Positions 8,611 to 18,839 of a stretch of DNA of 64,000 nucleotides are shown here, piece after piece. The stretch's first letter is position 1. Each line of letters opens with the position of its first letter. Made by a program: the position numbers and the translations under genes. The stretch comes from Candidatus Levyibacteriota bacterium (GTDB lineage Bacteria; Patescibacteriota; Microgenomatia; Levybacterales; UBA12049): assembly GCA_027459725.1 (NCBI GenBank), contig DAIDHK010000001.1, positions 195,411-259,410 on the forward strand, read 5' to 3'. Under the pieces are notes generated by a model, which did not search any database, was not told the origin of the DNA, and saw nothing but the letters and a program-made list of their open reading frames with translations.

Positions 8611-11343
8611 ATGTATATTTTCTTTTATCTCTTATTGACAAGACAGATCTTACTTAGTCATTATAATGATATGAACGAACAGAAGCATGAAAAAGTAAAG
8701 GCAATTTTACCATCCGTTGATTATAATTATTTTATTACTCCAAAACAACTGAAAGTTTTTCTTTTTATATTATTCGCTTTACTCACTCCTTGTATAATTT
8801 TCATGAGTAGTATTTTTGTGTTAACTTATATTCATAGGAATGACTCTATTAATCAGACACTTATCAACCCTGGTATTTTGCCCGATAATCCCCTTTATCC
8901 GGTAAAAATATTTATTGAAGACAATTTTGTCCGCCTATTACCGAAAAATTCAGATAAGCTAAACTTCAATATGCATCTATCCAACGAGCGTCTGGCAGAA
9001 GTTCATAGTTTGCTTATACAGGCAGAAAGTTCCGGTGTTACCTTTAATAACAAACTAAGCTATGTACCTAAGGCATATGCCCAAACCGGGTCTTCAACCA
9101 TGTCAAACAACCAATCAACTGGCCAGTTGCAACAAAAAGCTGATGAGTATTTAACTTTTACTCAACTGCAGCAATATTCTATTCAGAACAATCTCCTGCT
9201 AGCTCGAAAAAACAAGGATTTGACTATTACCTACTGTTTAGAAGATAAACTATCACAAATAAACACAGTTTATTCTAATCTTCAAGCTACTGTAACAAAT
9301 CTTGCGAATGCTAACACTACAAATAATATTAACCTCATAAATCATGATTATATTTTGCTGAATATTAATTTAGATAGTGCTAAAAGAATTGCCCAGATGG
9401 CTGACCAATGTATCGGAAACTATACTGATAATTCACTTGACATAAATAACTCACCCCAAGGCTCTGCTTCAGCGTATCAAAAGATACCTCTGACTCTTAA
9501 TAACTCTGCTAATTCATCTAATTCCACTGCAATTTATACATTTCCTAATCTAACCTACTCACTTTCCATCTCAAAAAACCTTGTTGTTAATATCCCCACT
9601 GCGCTTTCCGACTATTCGCTACTGCAGCAAGAGGCTCAAAGTGAAATAAACAGAATCAACGATACACAATTACTAGCAAGCAATATAACTATGGCCAACA
9701 CTCAACAAAAACTACTTTCAGATGATGTAACAGGAGAAATTTCGAGTATATTCAATGACAAGTCTCCTGTACCACAAGAGGCTTTGGATATTCTGCAACC
9801 TATAGAAGCGAGCATGCTGATTTCTCACGACACCTCTACCCAAGGCATTAATAAACTAGCTCAATATAGCATTCCTATCGCCAGTACTTTCACTGTCAAC
9901 GATATTCATAACCTGTCTAATATTGTACATAACACTCTGTTAGTTCCACAAACGAGCCAAACGGTTCAACAGACCGAAGACTTGATGCAGTTGTATATGA
10001 AAGATGTAACAAACGATACCGCTTTGATTGGAAATCTACCCAATTCAAATAATATAAATAAAACACTAAAAAAACAATTTTTATCGTCCCTGATACTCGT
10101 ACCTGACCAGTTAAAAATTAATGAAACATCTACTCCTGCTATCGCGGCGGTTATCAGTAATATTCTTCCTTTGAATGCTTCATCCTTACAAAACGTTGTC
10201 ACGAGCATAACCGGCTTATCGGTACCAGAAGCAGTAAACTTTTATATTTCTCAAATGAATATAGATAAAAATACCATTAATCAATTTATCGCAGAAAAAC
10301 AATCCTCAGTATATATTATTCCTATTATTTTAAGCTTTAACCAAACAGCAGATGATACTCGAAATATTCTTAAATCAACTAAGACATCTATACCTAACAA
10401 TCAAGGCTATTTAACAAATACAGCTTTGCTAACTTCATCGGTCAATCAAGCTTCTGCAACCGTACAATCTCCCTACTATATAGGCAATTCTACTACTAAC
10501 AACCCTACAACTGGCTCTAACTCAAATACATCCTCTGAATCTTCACCTGCAAATAACAATACAAATAATAACAGCATCAACTCATCAAATAATCAAACGC
10601 TAACCCCTATACCAACAATTATATTAACACAACCCGGTTCAACCTCTACAACTCCTATAACAAACCCTATGCCCACTCCCACACTTATTCCTATTCCTAC
10701 TCAAGCAGCTACAATTCAAATCATTCAGTCTGACAACCCATCAATAGTAAATTATATGCCCTCAACAGCTGACTGTAGTAATAGCAACCCTAATGGTATA
10801 TGTAATAATGGACAAACTTGTCAAAACCTAGGCACGTCGTTTGCTTGTGCATATGCTACATGTACAAATGGCACTTCCTGTCACAATCCTAATAGACATG
10901 GCGCCTATGACTGTGGGGCACAATGTAGTGCAAACGGATCCGAATGTTGTCTCATTCCAAAACAAACTCCCACATCTTCTGCTGCTAATGGACAAGTCTG
11001 TGCTCAGTCATATGGAGGTAACTGTTACAGCTGGGCGACAAATGCCTGCCCATCCGGACATCAAGCAGCTAATCCATCTGATCCTTACGTTGATTGCCGC
11101 ACTGAGAAAAACGCTCCTCACCCCGATTACTGTTGCATTACTACTTCTCAACCGGCATCCAGCGTACAGTCAAACTCTCAATCCAATCAATCATATAACT
11201 CTAATACACAAAACAATGGCAGCATTAATACTAATACTGCTAACAATAACAGCTATAATACCAGTAGTACTAATGCCACAACTTACAATTCAAATAATAA
11301 TAACTCAAGCAATGGATTGAATATAACAGCCAATGGAAATTAA
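8611..11343 (+). CDS. Large (910 aa) membrane-anchored/secreted surface protein; N/S/T/Q-rich with Cys-rich C-terminal module and N-terminal GILPDNPLY (DUF5667-like) motif
   Basis: N-terminal TM/signal anchor, GILPDNPLYPVK motif shared with ORF 61466..62032, long low-complexity Asn/Ser/Thr tracts, about 30 Cys clustered in residues 720-830. Confidence 0.6.
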   Translation: MYIFFYLLLTRQILLSHYNDMNEQKHEKVKAILPSVDYNYFITPKQLKVFLFILFALLTPCIIFMSSIFVLTYIHRNDSINQTLINPGILPDNPLYPVKIFIEDNFVRLLPKNSDKLNFNMHLSNERLAEVHSLLIQAESSGVTFNNKLSYVPKAYAQTGSSTMSNNQSTGQLQQKADEYLTFTQLQQYSIQNNLLLARKNKDLTITYCLEDKLSQINTVYSNLQATVTNLANANTTNNINLINHDYILLNINLDSAKRIAQMADQCIGNYTDNSLDINNSPQGSASAYQKIPLTLNNSANSSNSTAIYTFPNLTYSLSISKNLVVNIPTALSDYSLLQQEAQSEINRINDTQLLASNITMANTQQKLLSDDVTGEISSIFNDKSPVPQEALDILQPIEASMLISHDTSTQGINKLAQYSIPIASTFTVNDIHNLSNIVHNTLLVPQTSQTVQQTEDLMQLYMKDVTNDTALIGNLPNSNNINKTLKKQFLSSLILVPDQLKINETSTPAIAAVISNILPLNASSLQNVVTSITGLSVPEAVNFYISQMNIDKNTINQFIAEKQSSVYIIPIILSFNQTADDTRNILKSTKTSIPNNQGYLTNTALLTSSVNQASATVQSPYYIGNSTTNNPTTGSNSNTSSESSPANNNTNNNSINSSNNQTLTPIPTIILTQPGSTSTTPITNPMPTPTLIPIPTQAATIQIIQSDNPSIVNYMPSTADCSNSNPNGICNNGQTCQNLGTSFACAYATCTNGTSCHNPNRHGAYDCGAQCSANGSECCLIPKQTPTSSAANGQVCAQSYGGNCYSWATNACPSGHQAANPSDPYVDCRTEKNAPHPDYCCITTSQPASSVQSNSQSNQSYNSNTQNNGSINTNTANNNSYNTSSTNATTYNSNNNNSSNGLNITANGN

Positions 11344-11384
11344 GAGAGTGTTATCATGTTTTAAGTAGAATGATATAACTTTAT

Positions 11385-11798
11385 ATGCATATTCCATTAT
11401 TTAGCACCATAACTTTAATAGCAGAAATTATTATTTCTTGTATTGTCTTTTATACTTTTTATCGAAGTTATATGCACAATAAATTCCCTACCCCTCTTGT
11501 TGCTTTCGCACTTCTATATGAAATAACTTTTAATATAAGCTACATGGCTACAAGAGTATCAGCTAATACTGAAAAAATTGAAATTCCCTGGCATATTGTT
11601 CTAGCAGCGTCCCATGGCATTTTGTCTTTAATAATGTTTATTTCGTTAATAATTTTTATGCTTTTAGCCTGGAAAAATTACAGGAAAGGGATAAACTATT
11701 TTAAGCAGCATAAATATATAACTATTATCTTTCTAATTTTTTGGTCAATATCAATCATATCAGGTATCTTATTATACTTCGTGGAATACTTCACATAA
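11385..11798 (+). CDS. Hypothetical small integral membrane protein (4 predicted TM helices)
   Basis: 137-aa highly hydrophobic ORF directly downstream of the large surface protein. Confidence 0.45.
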   Translation: MHIPLFSTITLIAEIIISCIVFYTFYRSYMHNKFPTPLVAFALLYEITFNISYMATRVSANTEKIEIPWHIVLAASHGILSLIMFISLIIFMLLAWKNYRKGINYFKQHKYITIIFLIFWSISIISGILLYFVEYFT

Positions 11799-12039
11799 TA
11801 TACCAGGTTAAGCAGCCATCGTTCAATTATAAGCATTTTGCTACAATCATTGCCATGTCAAATGTACTACACTCTTTATCTGATTTTGTGAGAATATTAC
11901 CCCCGTGTCTATTTTTGAATTGCTAGGGAATCAGATTCCATCACAAAAAAGAATTGTCAATAATGACATAGCTATTTGCTATAATAACTTTTCTTAGAGA
12001 CCACTGGATATTCTGGTTGCACGAAATGACGTATTAGTA

Positions 12040-12489
12040 GTGAGCCCGGGCACTATTATTGGCAAGGAATTGGCGAGATTATTTCATTTCGCTGCTCTAT
12101 TAAAGGTGTCTGGTGTGGGTTCAGCAGATACCAGAAGTGATTGGTATAAACTATTTACTACACAAAACGCTCAACTTCTGAGGACACATAAAACTCTACA
12201 GGGTTTTCAAAATTTCGAATCTTACAGAGAATCCCTTTTAAAATTTATCAATCAAGCATATAGAAGAAATAATGAAGAATTGATTAGCTCTGTAATTAAT
12301 CTTCATCGGAGCATTAAGTTCGGATTACAAATCACTTCAGATGAAGTTCTGAGTGAACTAATTAAACTAATGCCAGGGATAATCGGCAATAAAAACAAAA
12401 TATTACCCATACTGGGACCTCTTCTGGTTGCACCCTATACACCTGATTTAACCCATACTTGGACCGGTGATCATGGACACAGACCCTAA
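12040..12489 (+). CDS. Hypothetical protein
   Basis: 149-aa ORF with no recognisable motifs; convergent with tuf, shares bidirectional terminator. Confidence 0.35.
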   Translation: MSPGTIIGKELARLFHFAALLKVSGVGSADTRSDWYKLFTTQNAQLLRTHKTLQGFQNFESYRESLLKFINQAYRRNNEELISSVINLHRSIKFGLQITSDEVLSELIKLMPGIIGNKNKILPILGPLLVAPYTPDLTHTWTGDHGHRP

Positions 12490-12526
12490 AAGTTAATAAA
12501 AAATACTTCTAAAAGTTAAGTTATCC

Positions 12527-12552
12527 ACAAAAAATCCCGCTCGTAGCGGGAT
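12527..12552 (-). terminator. Rho-independent terminator downstream of tuf (bidirectional hairpin)
   Basis: Minus-strand ATCCCGCT-ACG-AGCGGGAT hairpin followed by TTTTTTT; lies between convergent ORF 12040..12489 and tuf. Confidence 0.55.
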
Positions 12553-12577
12553 ATCTTGTTTGTACATGAATCTAATG

Positions 12578-13759
12578 TTATTTAATAATTTTAGAAATTA
12601 CTCCTGCGCCAACAGTGTGGCCGCCTTCACGAATAGCAAATCTCATTCCTTCTTCCAAAGCAACAGGAACAATCAACTGGACAGTCATCTTCGCATTATC
12701 ACCAGGCATAACCATTTCCACACCTTGTGGCAAAGTTGCCGTACCAGTCACATCAGTAGTTCTAATATAGAACTGTGGTCTATAACCCGTAAAGAAAGGT
12801 GTATGACGTCCACCTTCTTCTTTGGTTAAAATATAAACTTCAGCCTCAAAATCAGTATGAGGTGTAATACTCCCAGGTTTAGCAACTACTTGTCCTCTCT
12901 CTACATCAGACTTTTCAATACCACGTAGAAGCAAACCAACATTGTCACCAGCTTGACCTTCATCAAGTTGTTTTCTAAACATTTCTACTCCAGTTACTAC
13001 CGTACTCTTAGTATCTCGAATTCCGACTATCTCAACTGTATCATTAACTTTAACTATTCCTCTTTCAATTCTTCCAGTTACAACTGTACCGCGTCCCTTA
13101 ATAGAGAAAACATCTTCCACCGGCATCAAGAAAGGTTTATCTAATGCCCGTACCGGAGTAGGAATATATGAATCAACTGCATCCAACAATTCCTGTATCT
13201 TTGCCTCATAAACTGGATCTCCTTCCAAAGCTTTCAAGGAAGAACCTCGAATAATCGGCACTGTATCACCTGGATAATGATATTTAGTCAACAATTCACG
13301 TACTTCCATCTCAACCAAATCAAGCAGTTCTTCATCCTGAACCATATCACATTTATTGAGGTAAACAACAATAGCAGGAACTCCTACTTGATAAGCTAAT
13401 AAAATATGCTCACGTGTTTGTGGCATTGGGCCATCAGGAGCAGATACAACTAATATAGCACCATCCATCTGAGCAGCGCCTGTAATCATATTCTTGATGT
13501 AATCAGCATGACCTGGAGCATCAATATGTGCATAGTGTCTCTTTTCAGTTTCGTATTCAATGTGAGCGATGTTAATCGTGACGCCACGAGCTTTCTCTTC
13601 AGGAGCATTATCAATATCTTCATATTTTTTGGCTTGTGCCATACCCTTCTTGGCTAAATAAGTAGCAATAGCTGCAGTGGTGGTGGTTTTACCATGATCG
13701 ACATGACCGATGGTTCCAATATTCACATGTGGTTTTGAACGAGTATATTTGTCTGCCAT
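12578..13759 (-). CDS. tuf: Elongation factor Tu
   Basis: 393 aa; [10 protein letters not shown]-loop, DCPGHADY, NKCD motifs. Confidence 0.97.
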   Translation of the reverse strand: MADKYTRSKPHVNIGTIGHVDHGKTTTTAAIATYLAKKGMAQAKKYEDIDNAPEEKARGVTINIAHIEYETEKRHYAHIDAPGHADYIKNMITGAAQMDGAILVVSAPDGPMPQTREHILLAYQVGVPAIVVYLNKCDMVQDEELLDLVEMEVRELLTKYHYPGDTVPIIRGSSLKALEGDPVYEAKIQELLDAVDSYIPTPVRALDKPFLMPVEDVFSIKGRGTVVTGRIERGIVKVNDTVEIVGIRDTKSTVVTGVEMFRKQLDEGQAGDNVGLLLRGIEKSDVERGQVVAKPGSITPHTDFEAEVYILTKEEGGRHTPFFTGYRPQFYIRTTDVTGTATLPQGVEMVMPGDNAKMTVQLIVPVALEEGMRFAIREGGHTVGAGVISKIIK

Positions 13760-13864
13760 ATGTTTGTAAAGTAATTATACTAAATATTCCTGAGTAATTC
13801 AATAGTTATTTTTAAATTAAATTAGCCAAAAATAAAACTCACTTTTTTAATGAGTCTGAAAAAT

Positions 13865-13893
13865 ATTCTACGATAATTTCTTATCTTCGTCAA
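13865..13893 (-). promoter_or_regulatory. Candidate promoter for tuf (TTGACG-17-TAGAAT)
   Basis: On minus strand -35 TTGACG (plus 13888..13893), 17-nt spacer, -10 TAGAAT (plus 13865..13870); followed by a weak AT-rich hairpin 13825..13855 before the tuf ATG. Confidence 0.4.
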
Positions 13894-13912
13894 GAGGTAA
13901 ATATTTTGTATT

Positions 13913-14134
13913 TTAACTTACTATATATATAAAAAGTAAATAAACAAAGGTCAGAACAAACACGGCACTGATAAATATATAGTTTAACTTTAGTAATTTT
14001 TCTAATCTCCAATGTAGAGGAATTCCGATCTGTTGTTTTGCCTTCAAAGCTTCTTGAAAATATAAACGGTTGTATATATATAAGATTAAATTTAAAATTA
14101 AGCAAATAAAAGCTACTACATACCTATAATCCAT
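13913..14134 (-). CDS. Hypothetical small membrane protein (2 TM)
   Basis: 73-aa hydrophobic ORF; overlaps upstream gene by 11 nt; alternative overlapping frame 13890..14105 less protein-like. Confidence 0.3.
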   Translation of the reverse strand: MDYRYVVAFICLILNLILYIYNRLYFQEALKAKQQIGIPLHWRLEKLLKLNYIFISAVFVLTFVYLLFIYIVS

Positions 14135-14915
14135 ACTTAATGACCGGATAGTTTAAAATATTATTTCTTGACGTTATCTCCTCAAAAGGATTAAGTTTTC
14201 TCTTGGGATTTTTTTGCTTAAACCAAATGACTTTGGCAGGAATGTTAGAGATAGCTCTACTTTGTAACACTCTTTGCTGTTTTACCTGAATCGGTAACAA
14301 TAAACCGCATAGCTGACGACTTAATAGATGAAAGTTTTTAATAGATTGTAAAATAAAAGCATCTCTATGAGTAGGCCGATCAAATGTGACAATTATATCT
14401 CCTATGTTTAAATATTTATATAACCAACCACTGGTTGCAGTATCTATCTCTGTACATCTCACCTGTTCTAAGAGTACATTATTTAGAAAATAGGAAGCTA
14501 AGGGTGTATAACAGATCTCCAATAGTCTTCTTGATGTTAGTATATAAACAGTAAAATACCATTCTGTTAAACTCTTGATAAGAAGTGAAGCAGAAAGAGT
14601 TAATAACGATAGAACTAGTACTAGCGAAGTTAAGATTCCAACAGAAAATTGCACTGATATATAATCCAGCGCTATAAAGCTCAGAATTAAACCTAATATT
14701 ATAGATAGCACTACCGGAAGAAGTACGAACCAATGCTTACGCTGTAAAAACAGTATCTTCTCTTCCTCTAAAGCCAATGAGTTGCTCCAAATTTTTTCCT
14801 GGTCATAAGTATTTGTTGTATTTGTAGGATACATAGTCTGAATAGAACATAGTAAAAATGCAACGACTATACAGAGTAAGTACATCACAAAAAATATATA
14901 AATGAATGTTAACAA
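14124..14915 (-). CDS. Membrane protein with bacterial PH-like (bPH_2/YdbS-YdbT type) domain
   Basis: N-terminal TM, paired central TM helices, then YILTSRRLLEI...GDIIVTF segment resembling the bPH_2 T-x-R-R core. Confidence 0.45.
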   Translation of the reverse strand: MLTFIYIFFVMYLLCIVVAFLLCSIQTMYPTNTTNTYDQEKIWSNSLALEEEKILFLQRKHWFVLLPVVLSIILGLILSFIALDYISVQFSVGILTSLVLVLSLLTLSASLLIKSLTEWYFTVYILTSRRLLEICYTPLASYFLNNVLLEQVRCTEIDTATSGWLYKYLNIGDIIVTFDRPTHRDAFILQSIKNFHLLSRQLCGLLLPIQVKQQRVLQSRAISNIPAKVIWFKQKNPKRKLNPFEEITSRNNILNYPVIKYGL

Positions 14916-14936
14916 AATAAGAATTGTGTAATAGGT

Positions 14937-16022
14937 CTAAAAATAAGAATATGCCCAATAGCCAAAATTAGTAATTCCTTTCTTATGTAAATATGCCATC
15001 TTCGCCTCAGATGACACAAGGTCTTCAAACCATATTATATGGCTTTGACCATTATCCGTATAATGAATGACCGTTTCTTGAGAGTTCCTATCTCTAGATA
15101 TAGTACAATTTAATTTATAGCAATGATTTAAGAATTGTTGTTGAATTTGTAGATCACTTAAAGCTGTACCACTTCCAATAGTCTGTTCTTTAGAGTCTAC
15201 TGTCCAATCATAGCCAAACATTCCAAACACCACCACAAGCTTATCCGCCTGCACAACAATCTCATAATCACTGATCATTTTTGACAAATTATAATCACTG
15301 TTATCGTTACTTACTGATTGAAGTGGAAAGTTGGGTCCTGGTTGACCACTTGCTTTATGCAAATCGTAAGCCATAATATAAACTTTATCAACATCCTTGT
15401 TAAGATAAGTTAAATCAAATGGCCTAGGCCGGTAAAATAGATCTCCATACATTGTAGTATCAAAGCTTAAATTATTTTGTTTTGTCTGTTGATGAAACTT
15501 GTCGTAAAACTTATCAATCTGATCCACAATTGAGCTAAAAGGTAATGATTGCAGTTCCATATCAATGACAACTCCATCAAATCCATTGTTTTTGGCGATG
15601 TTTATTGTCTGATTAATAATCTCTTGCTGTATTTGTATATTAGATAAAATTTTACTGTTATCACTGTTATCAAGCATACGTAGGGTCAGTAGCTTTTTCT
15701 GGTTAGCTCCAACTAATCCATTAAAAACTTTAATGTCTTTATATCCATCTTCAGTGGTTTCAATACCAGAAGAATTGGCAGCAATACCGAAATAAACAAC
15801 CTCGGAATACTTTGCATCAATTTTAGGAGAAGAGCCGGAAATACTCCAGTAAGGAACGAAAATTGTATATTGATTCGTCCTTGCCATCTTTACTGTTGGA
15901 GTAGGACTATCTGCAATCTCTTTAAACACTGGCATAGGAACCGGCGTACTCAATATGTGCCATGCAATCAAAGCCGCAATGAATATAAAAACCCAAAGGA
16001 TAGCAAAGTGCTTCATGTTCAC
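14937..16022 (-). CDS. Secreted glycoside hydrolase family 18-like protein (chitinase/peptidoglycan hydrolase-like)
   Basis: Signal anchor; FDGVVIDMELQ resembles the GH18 DGxDxDWE catalytic strand (with E retained); downstream IMAYD matches the GH18 MxYD motif. Confidence 0.5.
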   Translation of the reverse strand: MNMKHFAILWVFIFIAALIAWHILSTPVPMPVFKEIADSPTPTVKMARTNQYTIFVPYWSISGSSPKIDAKYSEVVYFGIAANSSGIETTEDGYKDIKVFNGLVGANQKKLLTLRMLDNSDNSKILSNIQIQQEIINQTINIAKNNGFDGVVIDMELQSLPFSSIVDQIDKFYDKFHQQTKQNNLSFDTTMYGDLFYRPRPFDLTYLNKDVDKVYIMAYDLHKASGQPGPNFPLQSVSNDNSDYNLSKMISDYEIVVQADKLVVVFGMFGYDWTVDSKEQTIGSGTALSDLQIQQQFLNHCYKLNCTISRDRNSQETVIHYTDNGQSHIIWFEDLVSSEAKMAYLHKKGITNFGYWAYSYF

Positions 16023-16319
16023 ATTATAACAGGGGTATTAAAAGGTAATTAAATCTACTATGCTAAAATTATCTGGTGTTTCTCTTTATTAGTTTAATCT
16101 ATTTCATCGACTAAGATGTTGAATCCAGCATTAATTACCAATCGTCTATTTTCTATATTATTGTAATGACTCTAAAACATCTCTATACCATTAAGGTTAT
16201 CTTCTGTTCCCTACCAATTATAACTACCCTATGTTATTAATAAATAACCATGAATATCTAAAAACGAATTAAATTTTTTTAATAGTTCCTGATGCTCTTT
16301 TCTCAGCGAATGAAAAATT

Positions 16320-16660
16320 GGATAAAAAGATACTACAGAATTTACTTTTCATTCTTCCTTCTTAAAATATGTCATGTCCTGAACCTTGTACTCGGCTGAG
16401 GGAATATACTTCGTGACTAATGCAATCATTCTTTCCGAAATATCAATACCGATAACCCTATGTCCTCTATCTACAAAATATTTATCTATGGTAATTCCAG
16501 CCCCGCAACCAACATCTAAGACTGTAGAGTGTGCCTATAATTTTTTATTTATCTGATCTAAATAAAAAATATTTGAGAACATATTTTTGTTAGCATTATA
16601 TTCTTCAGCAATTTTGTTATACCCTTCTTTTATGAAATCATTTAGCATAGCAAACTTTAT
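16320..16660 (-). pseudogene. Disrupted class I SAM-dependent methyltransferase (in-frame stop before motif I)
   Basis: Minus-strand translation gives ...FYLDQINKKL-stop-AHSTVLDVGCGAGITIDKYF...RVIGIDISERM; intact motif I (LDVGCGAG) and motif II, but reading frame interrupted by TAG and no usable start. Confidence 0.45.
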
Positions 16661-16664
16661 CTGA

Positions 16665-17195
16665 CTAGAGTGGAGAAGCCTTAAATTTTAATAGATAACC
16701 TAAGAACGATATTATCAAATGTAATGAAAAATAAATTGTAAGTATTGTAAAGTATAAATACCATGATAAAATTACGACTGGTAGTGTAAAAATAATCCCC
16801 CCTAAGATGTAATCTATTTGATCAAAGATAAACCAGCTTTGTCCTGAATTAATATTAATTTGTCGTTTAAAGAAACTTTTAACGCTATCTCCTGTCAAAG
16901 CACCCAATCCCATCAGCCCACCACACCATAGCTGATTTAAATCATGCCCATCGCTTATCTTAAATTTAAAAATCACAATTTCAAACCAAGCAATTAATAT
17001 TCCCATCACCACACCACTAAGTAAGCCTCTCCAAGTTTTATGGTCTCCTAAAATCCTTTTACCTCTAAACTTTGCATATCCATCCAAAGGATAGTTATAC
17101 CTATTAATAATAGGTATTTTATTGACTAAAACCGGAGCCATATTCGCAAAACCTGCCGGCAGAAAAAATAAAAATGCAAAAATAACATCATTCAT
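16665..17195 (-). CDS. CarS-like integral membrane protein (CDP-archaeol synthase / DUF46 family homolog)
   Basis: 176 aa, about 5 TM; LPAGFANMAPVL...PLDGYAKFRGKRILGDHKTWRG and GDSVKSFFKR...FDQIDY motifs match the conserved cores of archaeal CDP-archaeol synthase as I recall them. Confidence 0.55.
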   Translation of the reverse strand: MNDVIFAFLFFLPAGFANMAPVLVNKIPIINRYNYPLDGYAKFRGKRILGDHKTWRGLLSGVVMGILIAWFEIVIFKFKISDGHDLNQLWCGGLMGLGALTGDSVKSFFKRQININSGQSWFIFDQIDYILGGIIFTLPVVILSWYLYFTILTIYFSLHLIISFLGYLLKFKASPL

Positions 17196-17217
17196 AAGAT
17201 TTTGTAAGTTTAAATAG

Positions 17218-18174
17218 CTAAACTACGAACGATTTATAGTTTTGTTCTATCTGTTCATCAAAATTGCGCAAAAAAGTGATTTGTTTAGGCAAGACGGAAA
17301 CTTCAATTCCTTCCTGCCTCACAACCGGATCTCCATCGATTTGCACATAAGGCTCACCCTGGATTAGTAAGTGGGAGGCTTTAAAATGAACTTTTCCCAA
17401 CTCAGAATAAAAAGGATGCTTGAAACCCCTCAACCGTAAATTTTGCACATAAGCATACTTTGTAGAAAATAAAGTACAATCCAATAATCCATCATTCAAT
17501 CTCGCCCTAGGTGAAACTAAAAAATTTTGTCCCACTACTGGTGAATTGGCGACTACCAGAGAACCGGCTGTGGCCTTTAATGTCACTTTTTTATCGATTG
17601 TAAAAGTAATCTCACTCTCCGGATGACTGAAGAAACTCCTAATACCAGAAATTATATATGATTTTAAACCTATGTAATGATAGTTAACTCTATTAAACAC
17701 TATACGTGCATCAAAACCAGCACTAATGTTAAAAACTCCAATTGGTATTTCAGGAATGTTACTTTGCATAATATCTATGGTTATGGAATTCGGTTGAGTT
17801 TGTAATACCGCCATCGCTTTCTCCAGAGTCTCTACTCCCAGGCAGAAAGATAAAGCATTGCCCGTACCCATAGGTATGATTGTTAAAGTAGGTTTTCTCT
17901 TAACCTGCACCACAGCCTGACAAACTTTATTAATGGTGCCATCCCCTCCTGCAATGGCAAGTATATCAGGCTTCTCTTTTTCAATAAAAGATTGTAGATT
18001 TGCTATCTTAGTAACAAGATAAGGGTGTTCGGGCAATTGAGGAAACTTCTCTCTTCCTTTCAGCCATATTTCAGTCGATCTACCATCACTTGATTTGGGA
18101 TTAAGTAAATAAACAATCTTTTTCATATAGGTCATCTTGCTAATCAAAGAATGAAAGCATCTTCTTACGAACAC
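17218..18174 (-). CDS. Lipid kinase, diacylglycerol kinase catalytic-domain family (YegS/BmrU-like)
   Basis: AIAGGDGT motif and overall DAGK_cat architecture; true start may be the internal Met (MKKIVYLLNP) about 48 nt downstream of annotated start. Confidence 0.7.
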   Translation of the reverse strand: MFVRRCFHSLISKMTYMKKIVYLLNPKSSDGRSTEIWLKGREKFPQLPEHPYLVTKIANLQSFIEKEKPDILAIAGGDGTINKVCQAVVQVKRKPTLTIIPMGTGNALSFCLGVETLEKAMAVLQTQPNSITIDIMQSNIPEIPIGVFNISAGFDARIVFNRVNYHYIGLKSYIISGIRSFFSHPESEITFTIDKKVTLKATAGSLVVANSPVVGQNFLVSPRARLNDGLLDCTLFSTKYAYVQNLRLRGFKHPFYSELGKVHFKASHLLIQGEPYVQIDGDPVVRQEGIEVSVLPKQITFLRNFDEQIEQNYKSFVV

Positions 18175-18181
18175 ATCTCGC

Positions 18182-18832
18182 TCAGGAAGACATTATTCTT
18201 TTTATTTTGTTCCATTTAGGACATAAATAAGAAAACCAGGGAGCTGCAACTTCATTTCTTGTGCCTTTCTCTAACAGACTTACTAAATTCTTTCTTGACG
18301 GTATCTGGGTAAGCAAGTTGTAGGTTTTACCGATACCCAATTTACAATGAGCATCGCTATTAGCTGCTGGAGTTAACTTATATGTGGAGATAAAAACCTG
18401 GGCTAGTTTACGAGTTTGTGGCTGCATACTACGACCATTGAATACCTCTATTATATCGACAAACTTAATTATATTACATAAACTTTGTTCACTTATTCCT
18501 TTTCTTAAAATCTCAAATGGGTGGGGGATACAAACTAAACCATTTTGCTTACTAATCTGTTTTACTGTTTCTAAGGAAGATAAGCCCGATTCAATTTTGC
18601 TATTTAAAAATAATCCGATTATTTCTCCTTCTGTGGTATTAATTTCTTCACCTACAATAATTCGCTCACCTAACTTTCTTTGTAACTTCTCAGCAAAGTC
18701 AATTCTATTGTGATCTGTAACGGCAATTACATCTAATGTTTTGGATAAAAGCAAACTTTTATAATCATTCTCGCTTAAACCACCATCTGGTGATAGAATA
18801 GAGTGTGTGTGAAGATCGATTTTAATATTCAT
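18182..18832 (-). CDS. PHP-domain metal-dependent phosphoesterase
   Basis: N-terminal IDLHTHSILSPDG and downstream VIAVTDHN His motifs typical of PHP family. Confidence 0.7.
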   Translation of the reverse strand: MNIKIDLHTHSILSPDGGLSENDYKSLLLSKTLDVIAVTDHNRIDFAEKLQRKLGERIIVGEEINTTEGEIIGLFLNSKIESGLSSLETVKQISKQNGLVCIPHPFEILRKGISEQSLCNIIKFVDIIEVFNGRSMQPQTRKLAQVFISTYKLTPAANSDAHCKLGIGKTYNLLTQIPSRKNLVSLLEKGTRNEVAAPWFSYLCPKWNKIKRIMSS

Positions 18833-18839
18833 ATTAATT

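Noticed and set aside
10841-11320. 159-aa plus-strand ORF inside the 910-aa surface-protein gene
   Set aside because: Alternative frame of the same strand within a clearly coding low-complexity gene; no independent start signals.
9100-11340. Long Asn/Ser/Thr codon runs (AAT/AAC/TCA/ACT-rich) that look like simple-sequence DNA
   Set aside because: They maintain a single long reading frame with a coherent secreted-protein architecture; interpreted as low-complexity coding sequence, not non-coding repeats.
13825-13855. Hairpin ACTCA-N9-TGAGT plus T-run between the putative tuf promoter and the tuf start
   Set aside because: Only a 5-bp AT-rich stem, so too weak to call a terminator or attenuator confidently; noted under the tuf promoter evidence only.
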